A stretch of 63,645 nt of DNA, filler included, from 9 parts of 9 records of this genome joined end to end with filler, not necessarily neighbours in it, one strand, 5' to 3'. Positions 32,327 to 43,726 are shown, numbered from the whole stretch's first letter. The notes: generated from the letters alone by a model not told the origin. Made by a program: numbers and translations.

Positions 32327-33577
32327 TTATTCGTTTATAAACAGTATGTTTTCTATGGTTTCAATCATAGAGAGATACTTATATGCCGAGCTGTTCGGTG
32401 GTGGGAAATTGAGACGGTATAGACTGCCTTCATAATAAAACTCAAAAATTCGCTGAAAAGCAATATTTACCGATTCCATTTTTTCAAGGGTAAATTGATG
32501 TACTTCATTTTCCAGTGATACGGTCAGATGATCCAGACTCAACTCTACCTGCGCGGTACCGATATAGGTAAGCTTCTGATCCCGGTATCCTTTCCCAAAC
32601 TCCGCACTGTCACCGCTGAAAATTGAACTTCCGTCTTTCCAGAAACCATTCTTCAACCTGCCGCGTACTTCATGCAACTGCCATTTATTCCAATCAGCAA
32701 TTGTCGTGAATGCAAACTCTTTATCTTCTGATTGAAAGAATCCATATTCGTCCATATACACATCCAGACCGCAGCTTTTACATCGAATGTTATGTTTGTC
32801 AGACTCCATAGATGCCATGCTGCCGCACCGCGGGCAGACATAGAGAACATGTTCGAGGTGTTCCGCTCTTCTTTTGCCTCTGAATCGTATTTTGTGCTTT
32901 TGCTGATGCTCATGTGCATCATGCTCCAGAGCGTCAGTCAGCATTTCATAAATTTCGTCTGCACTCTTTTTCGCAAATGTTTCCGGCATAATAGGATCTT
33001 TGAAAGAGAGCACCAGCTTTCCCGGCCTTCGGCGGTTCGACCAGCGCGGCAGTGTATAGTATCCGCCTTCCAGAATGCAGACAACAACAGGCACCTTGAG
33101 CATCCTGACCAGCTTGGCTGTTGAGTAATAGAGCGGCAGTGTTGTTCCGTCCCAGGTACGCTGTCCTTCGGGAAATAAACCTACAACATCTTTCTCTTTT
33201 CGAATGATACGCGTCATCTCTTTGATTGTATAGTAATCTGAACGCGACTTAGATTTGGAGATGCAGCCGACAAGATTCTTCAGCATAAATCCCAGAACAG
33301 GATTCCTGAATAGCGTATCCCCTGCTACCCAATGAATGGGGCGGTGATACATAACTGATATCAGTATCGGGTCAAAGGTATTCACATGGTTAGCAATAAC
33401 GATATAGGGTGCATCCAGGTTCTTGACAGATTCCGGAGTATCGATAGTCATGCGGTACATCACCCTGAGAAATCTTCCGTAAGTCAGTCTGGCCGCTGTA
33501 AAAAACCCCGGAATCAACCGCGTCGTTTTTTCAACTTCTTTCTTCTCTTTTTTAACCGCTGCTTGTTGTTTATCCAT
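32327..33577 (-). CDS. Lysophospholipid acyltransferase (PlsC-like) with zinc-ribbon extension
   Basis: NHVNTFD, FPEG, then CPRC and CKSC. Confidence 0.87.
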   Translation of the reverse strand: MDKQQAAVKKEKKEVEKTTRLIPGFFTAARLTYGRFLRVMYRMTIDTPESVKNLDAPYIVIANHVNTFDPILISVMYHRPIHWVAGDTLFRNPVLGFMLKNLVGCISKSKSRSDYYTIKEMTRIIRKEKDVVGLFPEGQRTWDGTTLPLYYSTAKLVRMLKVPVVVCILEGGYYTLPRWSNRRRPGKLVLSFKDPIMPETFAKKSADEIYEMLTDALEHDAHEHQQKHKIRFRGKRRAEHLEHVLYVCPRCGSMASMESDKHNIRCKSCGLDVYMDEYGFFQSEDKEFAFTTIADWNKWQLHEVRGRLKNGFWKDGSSIFSGDSAEFGKGYRDQKLTYIGTAQVELSLDHLTVSLENEVHQFTLEKMESVNIAFQRIFEFYYEGSLYRLNFPPPNSSAYKYLSMIETIENILFINE

Positions 33578-33739
33578 AGATAATCCTGATGCTAATCCTT
33601 CAATCCATACAATATTATCGTATTATGTCAAGAAAAACAACAATGAAAAACAACGGATCATTCACTGCTCATTCATATTCGGTTAACTACCGATTAATAT
33701 CCACTGGAAATAGGCTTAGCACTCTGCTATCATGCCTGT

Positions 33740-34483
33740 ATGGATTTCAAAGGCATCATTTTTGATAAAGACGGAACTCTTTTTGATTATTACAAAGTCT
33801 GGGGACCAATCATTACTCAGCATACCGATGAAATTCTAAAAACGATGAAACCCCGCAGCAATTCGGCGAAGATGCGGAGACGTTTTCTCACCATGCTTGG
33901 TGTTGGAGAGGGAGAGATGCATCCTGCCGGGCTGGTCTTCAAAACAAACAAATTCTATATGCTGACCAGAATATTCTTCTTCTGCCTGCTTTACAGACTC
34001 TCATTCATTAAGGTCGTTGATGAGATAAAAAAAGGTTTTTCCGAGTCGCATCAGATAATCGAAAAATCACTGGATGGAATACCCACAGACGGTATTGTTG
34101 AAGAACTGTTTGAGAAACTGCATAGCGCGGGATATATCATTGGTGTAGTTACCAGCGACAATAGTAAAAGTACCCAAATCTGCCTAGAAAAACTTGAAAT
34201 CGCGCAATATGTAGATTTCATCAGCACCTTTGATGACTCCTATGCTCAAAAACCCAATCCTGAATCACTGCAGGCTTTCTGCAGTCAGTACTCCTTGAAT
34301 CCGGATGAAGTAATTGTTGTCGGTGATGCCCCAGTCGATATGAAATTTGCCCGCAAAGGCAGTGCCGGATACGCTGTAGCATTAATGACCGGAGCAAATG
34401 ACAAAAAACAGTTGCTGAAATATGGAGATGTCCTCTACCCTGATCTTTCGAGGCTGATTACAGATCGGATAATTTTTCCTTAA
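33740..34483 (+). CDS. HAD-family hydrolase
   Basis: FDKDGTL, VTSD, KPNP and GDAPVD motifs. Confidence 0.9.
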   Translation: MDFKGIIFDKDGTLFDYYKVWGPIITQHTDEILKTMKPRSNSAKMRRRFLTMLGVGEGEMHPAGLVFKTNKFYMLTRIFFFCLLYRLSFIKVVDEIKKGFSESHQIIEKSLDGIPTDGIVEELFEKLHSAGYIIGVVTSDNSKSTQICLEKLEIAQYVDFISTFDDSYAQKPNPESLQAFCSQYSLNPDEVIVVGDAPVDMKFARKGSAGYAVALMTGANDKKQLLKYGDVLYPDLSRLITDRIIFP

Positions 34484-34516
34484 AGTTTCACGGAAAAAAG
34501 CTTTTCCTTTTTACAT

Positions 34517-35176
34517 CTACTCCTGATGCAGAACTTTTGAAGATCCTTCCGGAAAATGGCGGGTGATGGAATGGACTTCTCCCAAGCCCTGAAAACTCAC
34601 CTCCCATACTTCCCCGTTTTTCGCCAGCCAGGTTGGATATTTCGGCAGCATATCCTGCAGCACAGCCCAAATAATCCGCAGAGTTACCCCATGAGTAATG
34701 CAAAGAATTCGAATTTCATCTTCTTTGTCTGGTATGTTTTCTGCATACTGATCGGTTAAAGACTGGAAAAAATCTGTAACACGCCCGGCTATCTGTCTAT
34801 AGGATTCACCACCGCCCTCCGGATTCCAATCCCAGCGAAGCGCTTTCTCATGCACATAGGTCAGCTGGTCATCAAGTTCCGCGTATGTCATACCGGCAAA
34901 CATGCCCATATCCTGTTCTACGATTCGGTTTTCCTCTTCTACAGATATATCAAGCAGTTCTGAAAATGGTTGTGCAGTCTGACGGGCCCGTACCAGAGAT
35001 GATGATATAATTTTATCCAGATTTTTGTCTTTCAGGATTGTTTTCTTGAAATCTCGAGCCAACTGGACGGCATCGGTTTTACCTTTGGACGAGAGTGGAT
35101 AAGGCATTCTCGAGGCGAGAATATGATCTGCATTGGCGGTGCTTTCCGCGTGACGTATAAAGTAGAGTGTAACCAT
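34517..35176 (-). CDS. Histidine phosphatase family protein
   Basis: RHAES..N, SSLVRARQTA, GGES and THG motifs. Confidence 0.9.
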   Translation of the reverse strand: MVTLYFIRHAESTANADHILASRMPYPLSSKGKTDAVQLARDFKKTILKDKNLDKIISSSLVRARQTAQPFSELLDISVEEENRIVEQDMGMFAGMTYAELDDQLTYVHEKALRWDWNPEGGGESYRQIAGRVTDFFQSLTDQYAENIPDKEDEIRILCITHGVTLRIIWAVLQDMLPKYPTWLAKNGEVWEVSFQGLGEVHSITRHFPEGSSKVLHQE

Positions 35177-35255
35177 GCCGCTACTTTAGCCTAAATCCTA
35201 AGCTGATTCAAGCAAATATGATGATTCATCAGGCTGCGGGACCCCTTCTCACCGC

Positions 35256-35292
35256 AAAAAAAGCACCATCGACATCCCCGAGTCGATGGTGC
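35256..35292 (-). terminator. Intrinsic terminator
   Basis: GCACCATCGAC/GTCGATGGTGC stem with an adjacent A7 (U-tract on the minus strand). Confidence 0.7.
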
Positions 35293-35301
35293 AGAGCCAA
35301 A

Positions 35302-35401
35302 NNNNNNNNNNNNNNNNNNNNNNNNNNNNNNNNNNNNNNNNNNNNTTAATTAATTAANNNNNNNNNNNNNNNNNNNNNNNNNNNNNNNNNNNNNNNNNNN
35401 N
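35302..35401. other. Artificial contig spacer
   Basis: N-run with TTAATTAATTAA. Confidence 0.99.
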
Positions 35402-35563
35402 GCGTTGAGAGATGGGCCCCGTGCAACAGCGACCCGTGAACCCTGTCAGGCCTGGAAGGGAGCAGCAGTAAGCGGACCTCTCTGTGTGCCTCGGATCAGT
35501 CTGTCTTGAGCAACCTGCCGGAATACCGCTTGTATCATCGTGTCGACAATCGGGTGCGCGGCA
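35402..35563 (+). ncRNA. ffs: Signal recognition particle RNA (large Firmicutes type, 5'-truncated)
   Basis: Domain IV motif CTGTCAGGCCTGGAAGGGAGCAGCAG (35443-35468) in a long hairpin, followed by a terminator. The 3' end is approximate. Confidence 0.9.
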
Positions 35564-35582
35564 TTTCAATTTATATAACAAT

Positions 35583-35605
35583 AAGCTGCCGCTCGGCGGC
35601 TTTTT
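35583..35605 (+). terminator. Intrinsic terminator of ffs
   Basis: AAGCTGCC-GCTC-GGCGGCTT followed by a T-run. Confidence 0.8.
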
Positions 35606-35930
35606 GTTTTCCGTGTTTATTAAATTGAAATTCCAATTACTATCTACAAAACAGCTAGACTGTGCAGCGAACGCACGCGGAGGTTGATGCGTTTCGTTTT
35701 GCATCTTTGGTGGTATCTTTGTTATAGAAACGTTCATAATGTGTTAATACCCAGGCAATAAACATGGCAGGAAATAAAGACACTTTCCTAGAATAGTATA
35801 TTATACACATAAAAATTGTGAGGTTTTGATACGATTATAAAATTCAAAAGGAGGTAAAATAGAATTAAGAAAATTGACAACTGAATTAGCCCAAAATGGG
35901 CATAAAATACATAGAAAGGGGGCATAGCGT

Positions 35931-36464
35931 ATGCGCATCACGATTACGGGAAAGGGCATGGATGTGTCCAAGAATCTCAAGGATATGGTAACCAAAAAGG
36001 TCATGAAGCTCCAGCGGTATTTTGGGGCAGAGACCGAAGCGCATATCACCATGTCTATTCAGAAGCAACGACAGATTGTGGAGGTGACCATTCCTTTCGA
36101 TGGAATCGTCCTTCGTGGGGAGGAATCTACGGAGGATATGTACGCATCGGTTGATGGGGTTCTAAGAAAGCTTGAGAAGCAGATTCACAAACACCGCACT
36201 GCGTTGAAAAGACGACTGCATGAGCAAGCGTTCGCCAAAAATGAGTACGAGTATCATGACGTAATGGAGGAACAGAAAATTCCATCTGTGGTTCGTACCA
36301 AGAGGTTTGTCGTTAAGCCGATGGATGTTGCGGAAGCACAGATGCAGCTCGAGCTTTTGGGGCATCATTTCTTCGTTTTTCGCAATGCAAAGACGGACGA
36401 AATCAATGTGCTTTATAAACGCCGAGACGGAGATCTTGGCCTGATAGAGCCGGATTATATATAG
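35931..36464 (+). CDS. hpf: Long ribosome hibernation-promoting factor
   Basis: DMYASVD, KLEKQI, KPMDVAEA and LGHHFFVF...YKRRDG motifs. Confidence 0.95.
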   Translation: MRITITGKGMDVSKNLKDMVTKKVMKLQRYFGAETEAHITMSIQKQRQIVEVTIPFDGIVLRGEESTEDMYASVDGVLRKLEKQIHKHRTALKRRLHEQAFAKNEYEYHDVMEEQKIPSVVRTKRFVVKPMDVAEAQMQLELLGHHFFVFRNAKTDEINVLYKRRDGDLGLIEPDYI

Positions 36465-36493
36465 ACAAAATAAGAATTAATATGTAGAAACGA

Positions 36494-36528
36494 AAGGCTC
36501 AGGCAGGAAAAGTTCTTGCCTGAGCCTT
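36494..36528. terminator. Hairpin between convergent genes
   Basis: AAGGCTCAGGCAGGA / TCTTGCCTGAGCCTT. Confidence 0.75.
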
Positions 36529-36535
36529 ACTCGAT

Positions 36536-37864
36536 TTATCTAATAGAGAGAAGTTTATGGGCTGTCTTAATGTTTTTATCTTTCATGACATGACCCGTTC
36601 TGAATACAGAAAGCATCAAACCAACCAACGCGAAATTGATTAAGTATTCATAATATCCAAATTGTATTATGAAAGGTATAGAAAGACCGCCGAATATAGT
36701 AAATCCCAAATTAAATAAAACATAACTGATTACTTGTGTGGTAAACGTCATCATGATAGACAACGAGACGAATAAAGCCAAGGCGCTTGTTTGCTTGAAG
36801 CAGAGCCTAAAACCCTTGATGATAAAACAGAGCAATATACCTATAATTGGTATTACAGAAATCCAACCGTAATAGAAAATCAATGAGGTCAGCATACAAA
36901 AGATGTTAAACCCAGGTTCTTGTTGAGAACCAGTAAGCATAACACCACGTCCGATAAACTTTGAATGAGAAAGCGCTGATACTATTTGTGTTTTAAATGA
37001 GTCCGTACCGAGAGGGTCATAAGATAAACTAAAAGCTTCTTGAAGGATCTTCAACTTGTGACTGTCAGATAAGATGAAAATCGCTGCAAGCGATAGCATA
37101 ATGAAAACGGAAACGAATACGAGCAAATACGCATTTCGTTTTTTAACATTGAACCAGTCTCTTGAGATTGCAATACAAATCATTACGAAAGCAGACACGG
37201 CAAAGAGAATAAGTTCTGTAAAAAAACGTATGCGAAACAACATCAAAGAGGGGAGTAAGAAAGCGATACCGCACAGGATAATGCCTTTATACCCGTTGTC
37301 TTTTTCGGAGTATACAATTCCGGCAAACCCGAGCGGAAACAGAAGCGACACAAATTCCATATAATAATATTGACCCCACAAAGAAGGAATATAACACATG
37401 ACAAAAGCAACCAAAGTAGATATCAGTAGTAATAAATAAATGATTTTTGCATAACGGTTAAGCCAAACAAACCCTATGAAATAAGCGGTTGCCATTATAC
37501 CTAGTCCAACAGTAGAAAGAATGAGAAATCTATAACTTTGCTTAAATCCATCCGGATAGCCCATAAATAGCATAGTAAGTGTTGCACCGATACATAAAAG
37601 TGCAAATATCAATATCAGCATACTCCATTGCGGTTTTGGGTGGTGCGTACAGTCGAGTTCTGTTCCAATAATTATGGGGTCACCCATTTGGGTTATTGCT
37701 TTGTCCGTTGCTGAGGATTCATCTTCACCTTCTGAGATATAAGCATTTCGCTGATCTACGAGGTGGTTTTCGATTTCTTCTGATACTACAGTATGAGCCT
37801 TTTTCCATTTGATCTGTCTGCAAACAGTTTGTGAGTATTCGCGTATCTTTTTAGACAGCTGCAT
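36536..37864 (-). CDS. FtsW/RodA/SpoVE-like membrane protein with N-terminal permease-prefix (HAAS-like) domain
   Basis: VC.QI.W...EEIENHL.D...AI.QMGDP..IG.EL...H.PK.QW prefix; many TM segments; remnants SKFIGRG, YYGW, NLG and IPF. Confidence 0.78.
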   Translation of the reverse strand: MQLSKKIREYSQTVCRQIKWKKAHTVVSEEIENHLVDQRNAYISEGEDESSATDKAITQMGDPIIIGTELDCTHHPKPQWSMLILIFALLCIGATLTMLFMGYPDGFKQSYRFLILSTVGLGIMATAYFIGFVWLNRYAKIIYLLLLISTLVAFVMCYIPSLWGQYYYMEFVSLLFPLGFAGIVYSEKDNGYKGIILCGIAFLLPSLMLFRIRFFTELILFAVSAFVMICIAISRDWFNVKKRNAYLLVFVSVFIMLSLAAIFILSDSHKLKILQEAFSLSYDPLGTDSFKTQIVSALSHSKFIGRGVMLTGSQQEPGFNIFCMLTSLIFYYGWISVIPIIGILLCFIIKGFRLCFKQTSALALFVSLSIMMTFTTQVISYVLFNLGFTIFGGLSIPFIIQFGYYEYLINFALVGLMLSVFRTGHVMKDKNIKTAHKLLSIR

Positions 37865-38198
37865 AGCTCACACCTCCGCTTAATATTTTCTGTACTGCTT
37901 TTGTATAGGTATTCCATTCAGCTTGTTTATCTTTTAACAATTTTCTACCCTTATTCTTTAGGTGATAATACTTGCGAATCCGCTCACTATCTGCGTTGTC
38001 GTCATAGGAACTGACGATTTCTTCTCTTTCCAGACGGTGTAGAATCGGATACAGTGTTCCCGCTTTTAAATTAAAAGTGTCATCGGATTTTTTTGATAGT
38101 TCGTCGATCATCTGATACCCGTACATATCCTTCTCTTCAAGGAGTTTAAGTATCAGCATGGTCGTACTTCCGGATAACAGTGCCTTATTGATTGGCAT
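37851..38198 (-). CDS. PadR-family regulator
   Basis: GSTTMLILKLL, MYGYQM, GTLYPILHRLE and RKYY motifs; SD AGGAGG before the ATG at 38198. Confidence 0.93.
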   Translation of the reverse strand: MPINKALLSGSTTMLILKLLEEKDMYGYQMIDELSKKSDDTFNLKAGTLYPILHRLEREEIVSSYDDNADSERIRKYYHLKNKGRKLLKDKQAEWNTYTKAVQKILSGGVSYAAV

Positions 38199-38211
38199 AA
38201 CATACCTCCTA

Positions 38212-38258
38212 TATATAGACGATCTACATATATGATATATAGATGATCTATACATGTC
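38212..38258 (-). promoter_or_regulatory. Sigma-A promoter with two palindromic boxes (putative PadR operator)
   Basis: TTGACA-17 bp-TATCAT on the minus strand; TATATAGAnGATCTA boxes at 38212 and 38234. Confidence 0.7.
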
Positions 38259-38305
38259 AATAGATAAAGTCAAAAAGCATGAAAAAGTTTATGATTATAA
38301 GTTAA

Positions 38306-38854
38306 CTAGACAGGTGTTTCGGTTTGCTTATCTTTCAGCTTACGTAGCGCAATGATGCCGTATTGCAAAAGAGCACCAATCATCATCAGTAGGGAGAAAG
38401 ATATGAAATATATATGCCATGGTGCGACGAGCTGATACAGAAATGTGAATGCGATCGACGTGTTCAAAAGGAACGCAGCGAGCTTGCCAAATGCATTGGC
38501 GGACGTGATAATTTTGTTAAAGTAGAGGTAGATACCGCCTATGATCATTAGGCTCTCTTTGATGAGAAGGATGACGAGTACGTATACCGGCAGTACGCCG
38601 GTTACTGTGAACGCAATCACGGAAAACACTGCCATCAGCTTGTCGGCCAGAGGGTCGAGCAATACACCCTCTTCGGTAACAAGGTGGTACTTTCGTGCGA
38701 TATAACCGTCCAGAAGGTCGGTACCGCATGCCACAATATAGGATATGAGCGCAGGGATTAGCATATCAAAGTAGATGAATATCGTCGTGACAGGCACGAG
38801 TGCAAAGCGCAGTAACGTCAGCATATTGGGTACGTTCATCGGGATTCGTGTCAT
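38306..38854 (-). CDS. pgsA: CDP-alcohol phosphatidyltransferase
   Basis: NVPNMLTLLR and TDLLDGYIAR...G..LDPLADK motifs. Confidence 0.88.
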   Translation of the reverse strand: MTRIPMNVPNMLTLLRFALVPVTTIFIYFDMLIPALISYIVACGTDLLDGYIARKYHLVTEEGVLLDPLADKLMAVFSVIAFTVTGVLPVYVLVILLIKESLMIIGGIYLYFNKIITSANAFGKLAAFLLNTSIAFTFLYQLVAPWHIYFISFSLLMMIGALLQYGIIALRKLKDKQTETPV

Positions 38855-39109
38855 ATAGGAGACTCCAGTGTCGTGTTACCTGTTTTTTATTGTTTTCGCA
38901 CATACTGCACGTAAAGCGTATTATATCAGAAAAAGCGTATCTTTGCACGGACAATTCGTATCGCTTATAGTATGGCCGTACTTATAAGTATGACTTCCAA
39001 AATCTCCGCCGATGGATATTGGCGGGGTGATGTTTAATGTGCGAATAGGTCTATGCAAATGCGAAAAAAGTAATATAATAGTGAAAAGAGATTGAAAACG
39101 GGGGGACGT

Positions 39110-40710
39110 ATGGAATACAAAACCGATTTGCAAATCGCAAGAGAAGCGACGCTTACACCTGTGCAGGAGATTGCAAAGCAGGCGGGTATATTACAAAAAG
39201 AGCTTGTGCCGTTCGGGTATAATAAGGCCAAGGTTTCGCTGGATATTCTGGAGCGTATGAAAGGAAAAAAACAAGGCAAACTCATACTCGTTTCGGCGAT
39301 CAACCCGACGCGCGCCGGTGAGGGCAAGACAACGATATCCATTGGGCTTGCAGATGCGCTTAAGCAATGCGGCGAGTCGGTGTGTCTGACGCTCAGAGAA
39401 CCGTCGCTCGGGCCGGTTTTCGGCATTAAGGGCGGCGCAGCGGGCGGCGGCTATGCGCAGGTGATTCCAATGGAGGACATCAACTTGCACTTTACGGGCG
39501 ATTTGCACGCCATTACGGCAGCGAACAATCTGCTGTGTGCGCTCGTCGATAACCATGTACAGCAGGGTAACGCACTTAAAATCGATCCGCGCCGCGTTAC
39601 GGTTAAGCGGTGCATGGATATGAACGACCGCCAGCTTCGGTTTATTACGTGCGGGCTTGGCGGCAGAGCAAACGGTACGCCGCGTGAAGATAGCTTTGAC
39701 ATCACGGCGGCGTCCGAGGTTATGGCGGTGCTATGTCTTGCAAGCGATCTGCACGATCTCAAAGAACGCCTGTCGCGTATTAAGGTTGCGTACACATACG
39801 ACAACGCGCCGGTTACGGCGGGCAAGATCGAAGCGGCAGGTGCGATGGCCGCGCTGCTAAAAGATGCTATTAAGCCAAACCTCGTGCAGACGCTCGAAAA
39901 GACGCCGTGCTTGATGCACGGAGGCCCGTTTGCCAACATCGCGCACGGCTGCAATAGTTATATCGCGACGAATGTGGCGCTGCGGCTCGGTGACTATGTA
40001 GTGACTGAGGCAGGCTTTGGCGCAGACCTCGGCGCGGAAAAATTTCTCGATATCAAGTGCCGTCAGACAGGGCTGTGGCCCGACGCAGCTGTGCTTGTCG
40101 TTACGATCCGCGCACTAAAAATGCACGGAGGCAAAGCGGCGAATGACCTGATTGCGCCGGATGTTGCGGCGGTTCGAGCGGGGATGGAGAACGCGTCAAA
40201 GCACATTGAGAATTTAAAGGAATTCTACGAGCTGCCCGTGGTGGTCGCCATTAACATGTTCGAGACGGACACCGAAAAAGAAATTGAGCTTGTCAAAGAA
40301 ATGTGCGCGCAAAAGGGTGTCATTGCTGTACCGACCGAGGTGTGGGCTAACGGAGGTAAAGGTGGCGTTGCTCTCGCCAAAGAAGTGATAAAGGTCGCGC
40401 AGAAAACCACGCCAAAGCATCCATATGCACTCGAAGACGATATCGAAACCAAGATTACGAAGCTTGCAAGGACGATCTACGGTGCAAGCGAGGTGCATTA
40501 CAGCGCGGGCGTCACCAAACAGATCGATATGCTGACTAAGAACGGCTATGCGAACCTGCCCATATGCGTTGCCAAAACGCAGTATTCACTCTCGCATGAC
40601 CCGAAGCGGATCGGATGTCCAAAGGATTTCGTGTTTACAGTACGAAACATCAAATTAAGTGCAGGCGCCGGGTTTATTGTTGTTCTAGCGGGGGATATCA
40701 TGACGATGCC
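39110..40710 (+). CDS. fhs: Formate--tetrahydrofolate ligase (3'-truncated)
   Basis: AGEGKTT, GIKGGAAGGGYAQV, HGGPFANIAHG, TEAGFGADLGAEKF and AKTQYS motifs. Confidence 0.98.
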
Positions 40711-40810
40711 NNNNNNNNNNNNNNNNNNNNNNNNNNNNNNNNNNNNNNNNNNNNTTAATTAATTAANNNNNNNNNNNNNNNNNNNNNNNNNNNNNNNNNN
40801 NNNNNNNNNN
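40711..40810. other. Artificial contig spacer
   Basis: N-run with TTAATTAATTAA. Confidence 0.99.
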
Positions 40811-41806
40811 TTTTACAGTAACAATAACAGGGGACTTACACCGGAAACCATGATTCTAATCGATGGAAATGACGATACCGCAACAATTGATACGGAACTG
40901 GAAGCTGGTGCCAATTGGTATATGATGCAAGGCAGTCAGGGATCCGTAGTATCGTTAGTTGATACATTAAAAATTGGAGAACAAAGAGAACTTTATTACA
41001 ACGATATGGCAAGTAATCCGGATGATACAGGAGATGATGGCAGCTCCTGGGGTGAAGCCGGTATACAAATTAGTTCAAATGAAAATCCCTTCGCAGGATT
41101 GTTTGGTTTTGCAATGTTGTCTTACTATCTTGGATCTGATCATGAAATTTCATTAGCCGATTCGTTAGCCAATAATTTTGTAAATCCGTTGAGTATTTTA
41201 ACTACAGCGAGAGATTTTGTCGTTCCTGTTGAATTGGCCTCTTTTACAGCACATCAGGAAAAGGATGGCATCTATTTACAATGGTCGACCGAATCTGAAA
41301 CAAATAATTATGGTTTTTCAATTGAACGGCGGGAGGGATCGCAAGAGATATGGAATCAAATAGGATTTGTCAAGGGCCATGGGACCATTTCTGAGAAAAA
41401 GAATTATATTTTTACGGATGAAAACGCGGGGAACGGCGACTTTAGTTATCGGTTAAAACAAATCGATACAGATGGATCTTTTTCCTATTCGCCGTCAGTG
41501 AAAATTTCAACGACACTCCCTGTTTCTTTCAACCTGGAACAAAATTATCCGAATCCGTTTAATCCGGAGACGGAAATATCCTTTCACGTACCGCCAGATT
41601 ACACAGGGAAAATCAAAATCAAAGTATATAATCTAATGGGACAGGAAATTGGAACATTGTACAATGGTTCCATTCAGGCAGGTATTCATAAGATAAAGTG
41701 GGACGGACACGATAAAAATGGATTTAATACCACGTCCGGTACTTATATTTATAGCCTTGAGGCTGGAGATTTCAAAGTTTTTAAAAAAATGTTAAAGCTT
41801 ATGTAA
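40811..41806 (+). CDS. Secreted protein C-terminus with T9SS type A/FlgD-like sorting domain (5'-truncated)
   Basis: VPVELASF, W.T.SE.NN.GF.IER, YRLKQID.DG, QNYPNPFNP, WDG and SG.Y motifs. Confidence 0.88.
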   Translation, partial: FYSNNNRGLTPETMILIDGNDDTATIDTELEAGANWYMMQGSQGSVVSLVDTLKIGEQRELYYNDMASNPDDTGDDGSSWGEAGIQISSNENPFAGLFGFAMLSYYLGSDHEISLADSLANNFVNPLSILTTARDFVVPVELASFTAHQEKDGIYLQWSTESETNNYGFSIERREGSQEIWNQIGFVKGHGTISEKKNYIFTDENAGNGDFSYRLKQIDTDGSFSYSPSVKISTTLPVSFNLEQNYPNPFNPETEISFHVPPDYTGKIKIKVYNLMGQEIGTLYNGSIQAGIHKIKWDGHDKNGFNTTSGTYIYSLEAGDFKVFKKMLKLM

Positions 41807-41830
41807 TATGATAAGGTGAATTTTTATGCT

Positions 41831-41869
41831 CATGAGGTATGGCTAATGGTAACCATACCTCATGCTTTT
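41831..41869 (+). terminator. Intrinsic terminator
   Basis: CATGAGGTATGG / CCATACCTCATG followed by TTTT. Confidence 0.75.
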
Positions 41870-42176
41870 CCTGTGTTGAAAAAAATCATTCCCCGATTTA
41901 TCAAATATATCTTCGTTCTTTTAACGATTCCACAAATTAATGAATTTTTCATCTTAAGGATTTGTTAATATAGAAAATACTAAAGAATGTAGGAATTAGC
42001 AGATCATTTGAATGCTTTTATAGAGGTTCAAAGAATTCTCAGCGTAAAAATCGTAATGATTGTGAAAAGCGTGAATTAAGGGGACATGATAAATTTTCAG
42101 CATTCCTTTAGGGATTTTTAAAGTTTATCGTCCGGTTATTTCTTAAAATGACACGCATCGAAAGAGGAAGATCAGT

Positions 42177-43285
42177 ATGATGCAAAATGCGGGAACGATT
42201 GCTATTGTAGATGACGAGACAGACATTGTTGAACCCATCAGCGTTTATTTGAAAAAAAGTGGGTATAATGTCACTGTGCATAAATCCGGGATTGATTTTC
42301 TGGAATATTATAAACAAAGTGAATCCATACCACCGGATATTGTTTTTTTAGACATTGAAATGCCCCAGATGAACGGACTTGAAGTCCTGGAGCACTCTTT
42401 TCAAAATCTAAATTTATTGCAAAGTATCTTTGTTTCATTTACAGGTTATCTTAAAGAGGGGGATAGCCGCTGGCTTGGTTTTATGGGATTTGATGCCAAT
42501 ATCCCCAAAACCAACAAGATCGACCAGGTGCTCGCAAATGTTCAAACCCTGATCCAAAATAAAAATGACATTATAGCAAAACGTAATCCCTATAAAAATT
42601 TACTCGCCGCCATTCATGAACTCTCGCACCTGCGTTTAAGAAGCGCTGTTCTGGAAAATAATTATATCAAGAAATTAATTTCCCCCGAAGTTTTTGATAT
42701 ATTGGATACCGATCCCAATAGCCTTATACCACAAAATAAAGATATTGCTGTTGCTTTTGTCGATATTCGGGATTTTACAAAACTCATGAATATGTTACCA
42801 TTGCAGCAGGTCAATCAGATATTAAGGCTTTTTATGAGGTTGTGGTCGAGGGTGTTACAAAAGAAAAAGGTTTTATTGACAAGTTTATCGCTGATGAAGT
42901 AATGTGGTTTCATCAATCGGATTCTTTGGAAGAATGCAGCAAGCAGTGCATCCGCTCAGCCATTGATATCAAAAAAGGGATAAAAGAACTAAATAAAGAA
43001 ATCCAAAAAACTTTACACCCGCATATCGTGTTACGCGTAGGAATGGGACTCGCATGTGGCCCGGCTGCTGTGGGCATTTTTGGAACACCGAAATATCGAA
43101 TCCAATATTCCATTCTGGGTTCCCCTGTAAATCTTGCCTCCCGATTATGTTCCGAAGCCAGAGCTGGTGAAATTTTGATTGGCGGTGATATCATTCAATA
43201 CTGTTCCTACAAGACCAGAAATATCGGTTTTCGTATCATGAAGGGTTTTGAACAAGAGGTTGAGTTACGATCACTGATTATCTGA
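42177..43285 (+). CDS. Receiver domain + class III adenylate/guanylate cyclase (frameshift near 42830)
   Basis: VDDE, FLDIEMP; FVDIRDFT, DKFIADEVM and VNLASRL. Confidence 0.88.
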
Positions 43286-43726
43286 TTACCAGCGTTGTGT
43301 ACCCGGATAATGTTGCCATTATTGCTTGCCTGATAAGTACAAGTAACACAATTTAAAATTTACAATTGTAGCAACAGAAGCATCAGGCATATTAAAAATA
43401 ATCAATTGAATTCTACATATTGATGGGCTCGGGGACTATTTAGAATAGTGTGAAAATCAAAATATATTCAGTAAAAGCCGGCAGAACATTTCATTGGAAA
43501 TGAATAACCGACTCAAAAAAATCTCTCCAAACTCTACAATTTAAAAATAACCCTTTATTTTTCGCATTTATCTCGTTAAATTAATAATTAATATAATTTT
43601 TCCTTTTGATAGGAATACATTATTTTAAAAATCCCCGGGTTTTGACGGATATGCTATGAGAAAAGAGTTATCGGTTATATTTAATGGAAACATGAGTGAA
43701 CATGCTATTTTATGAAAGGATTTAAA

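Noticed and set aside
38855-39109. ZTP or THF riboswitch upstream of fhs
   Set aside because: Only a simple hairpin near 39004-39027 is visible; the conserved riboswitch motifs were not found.
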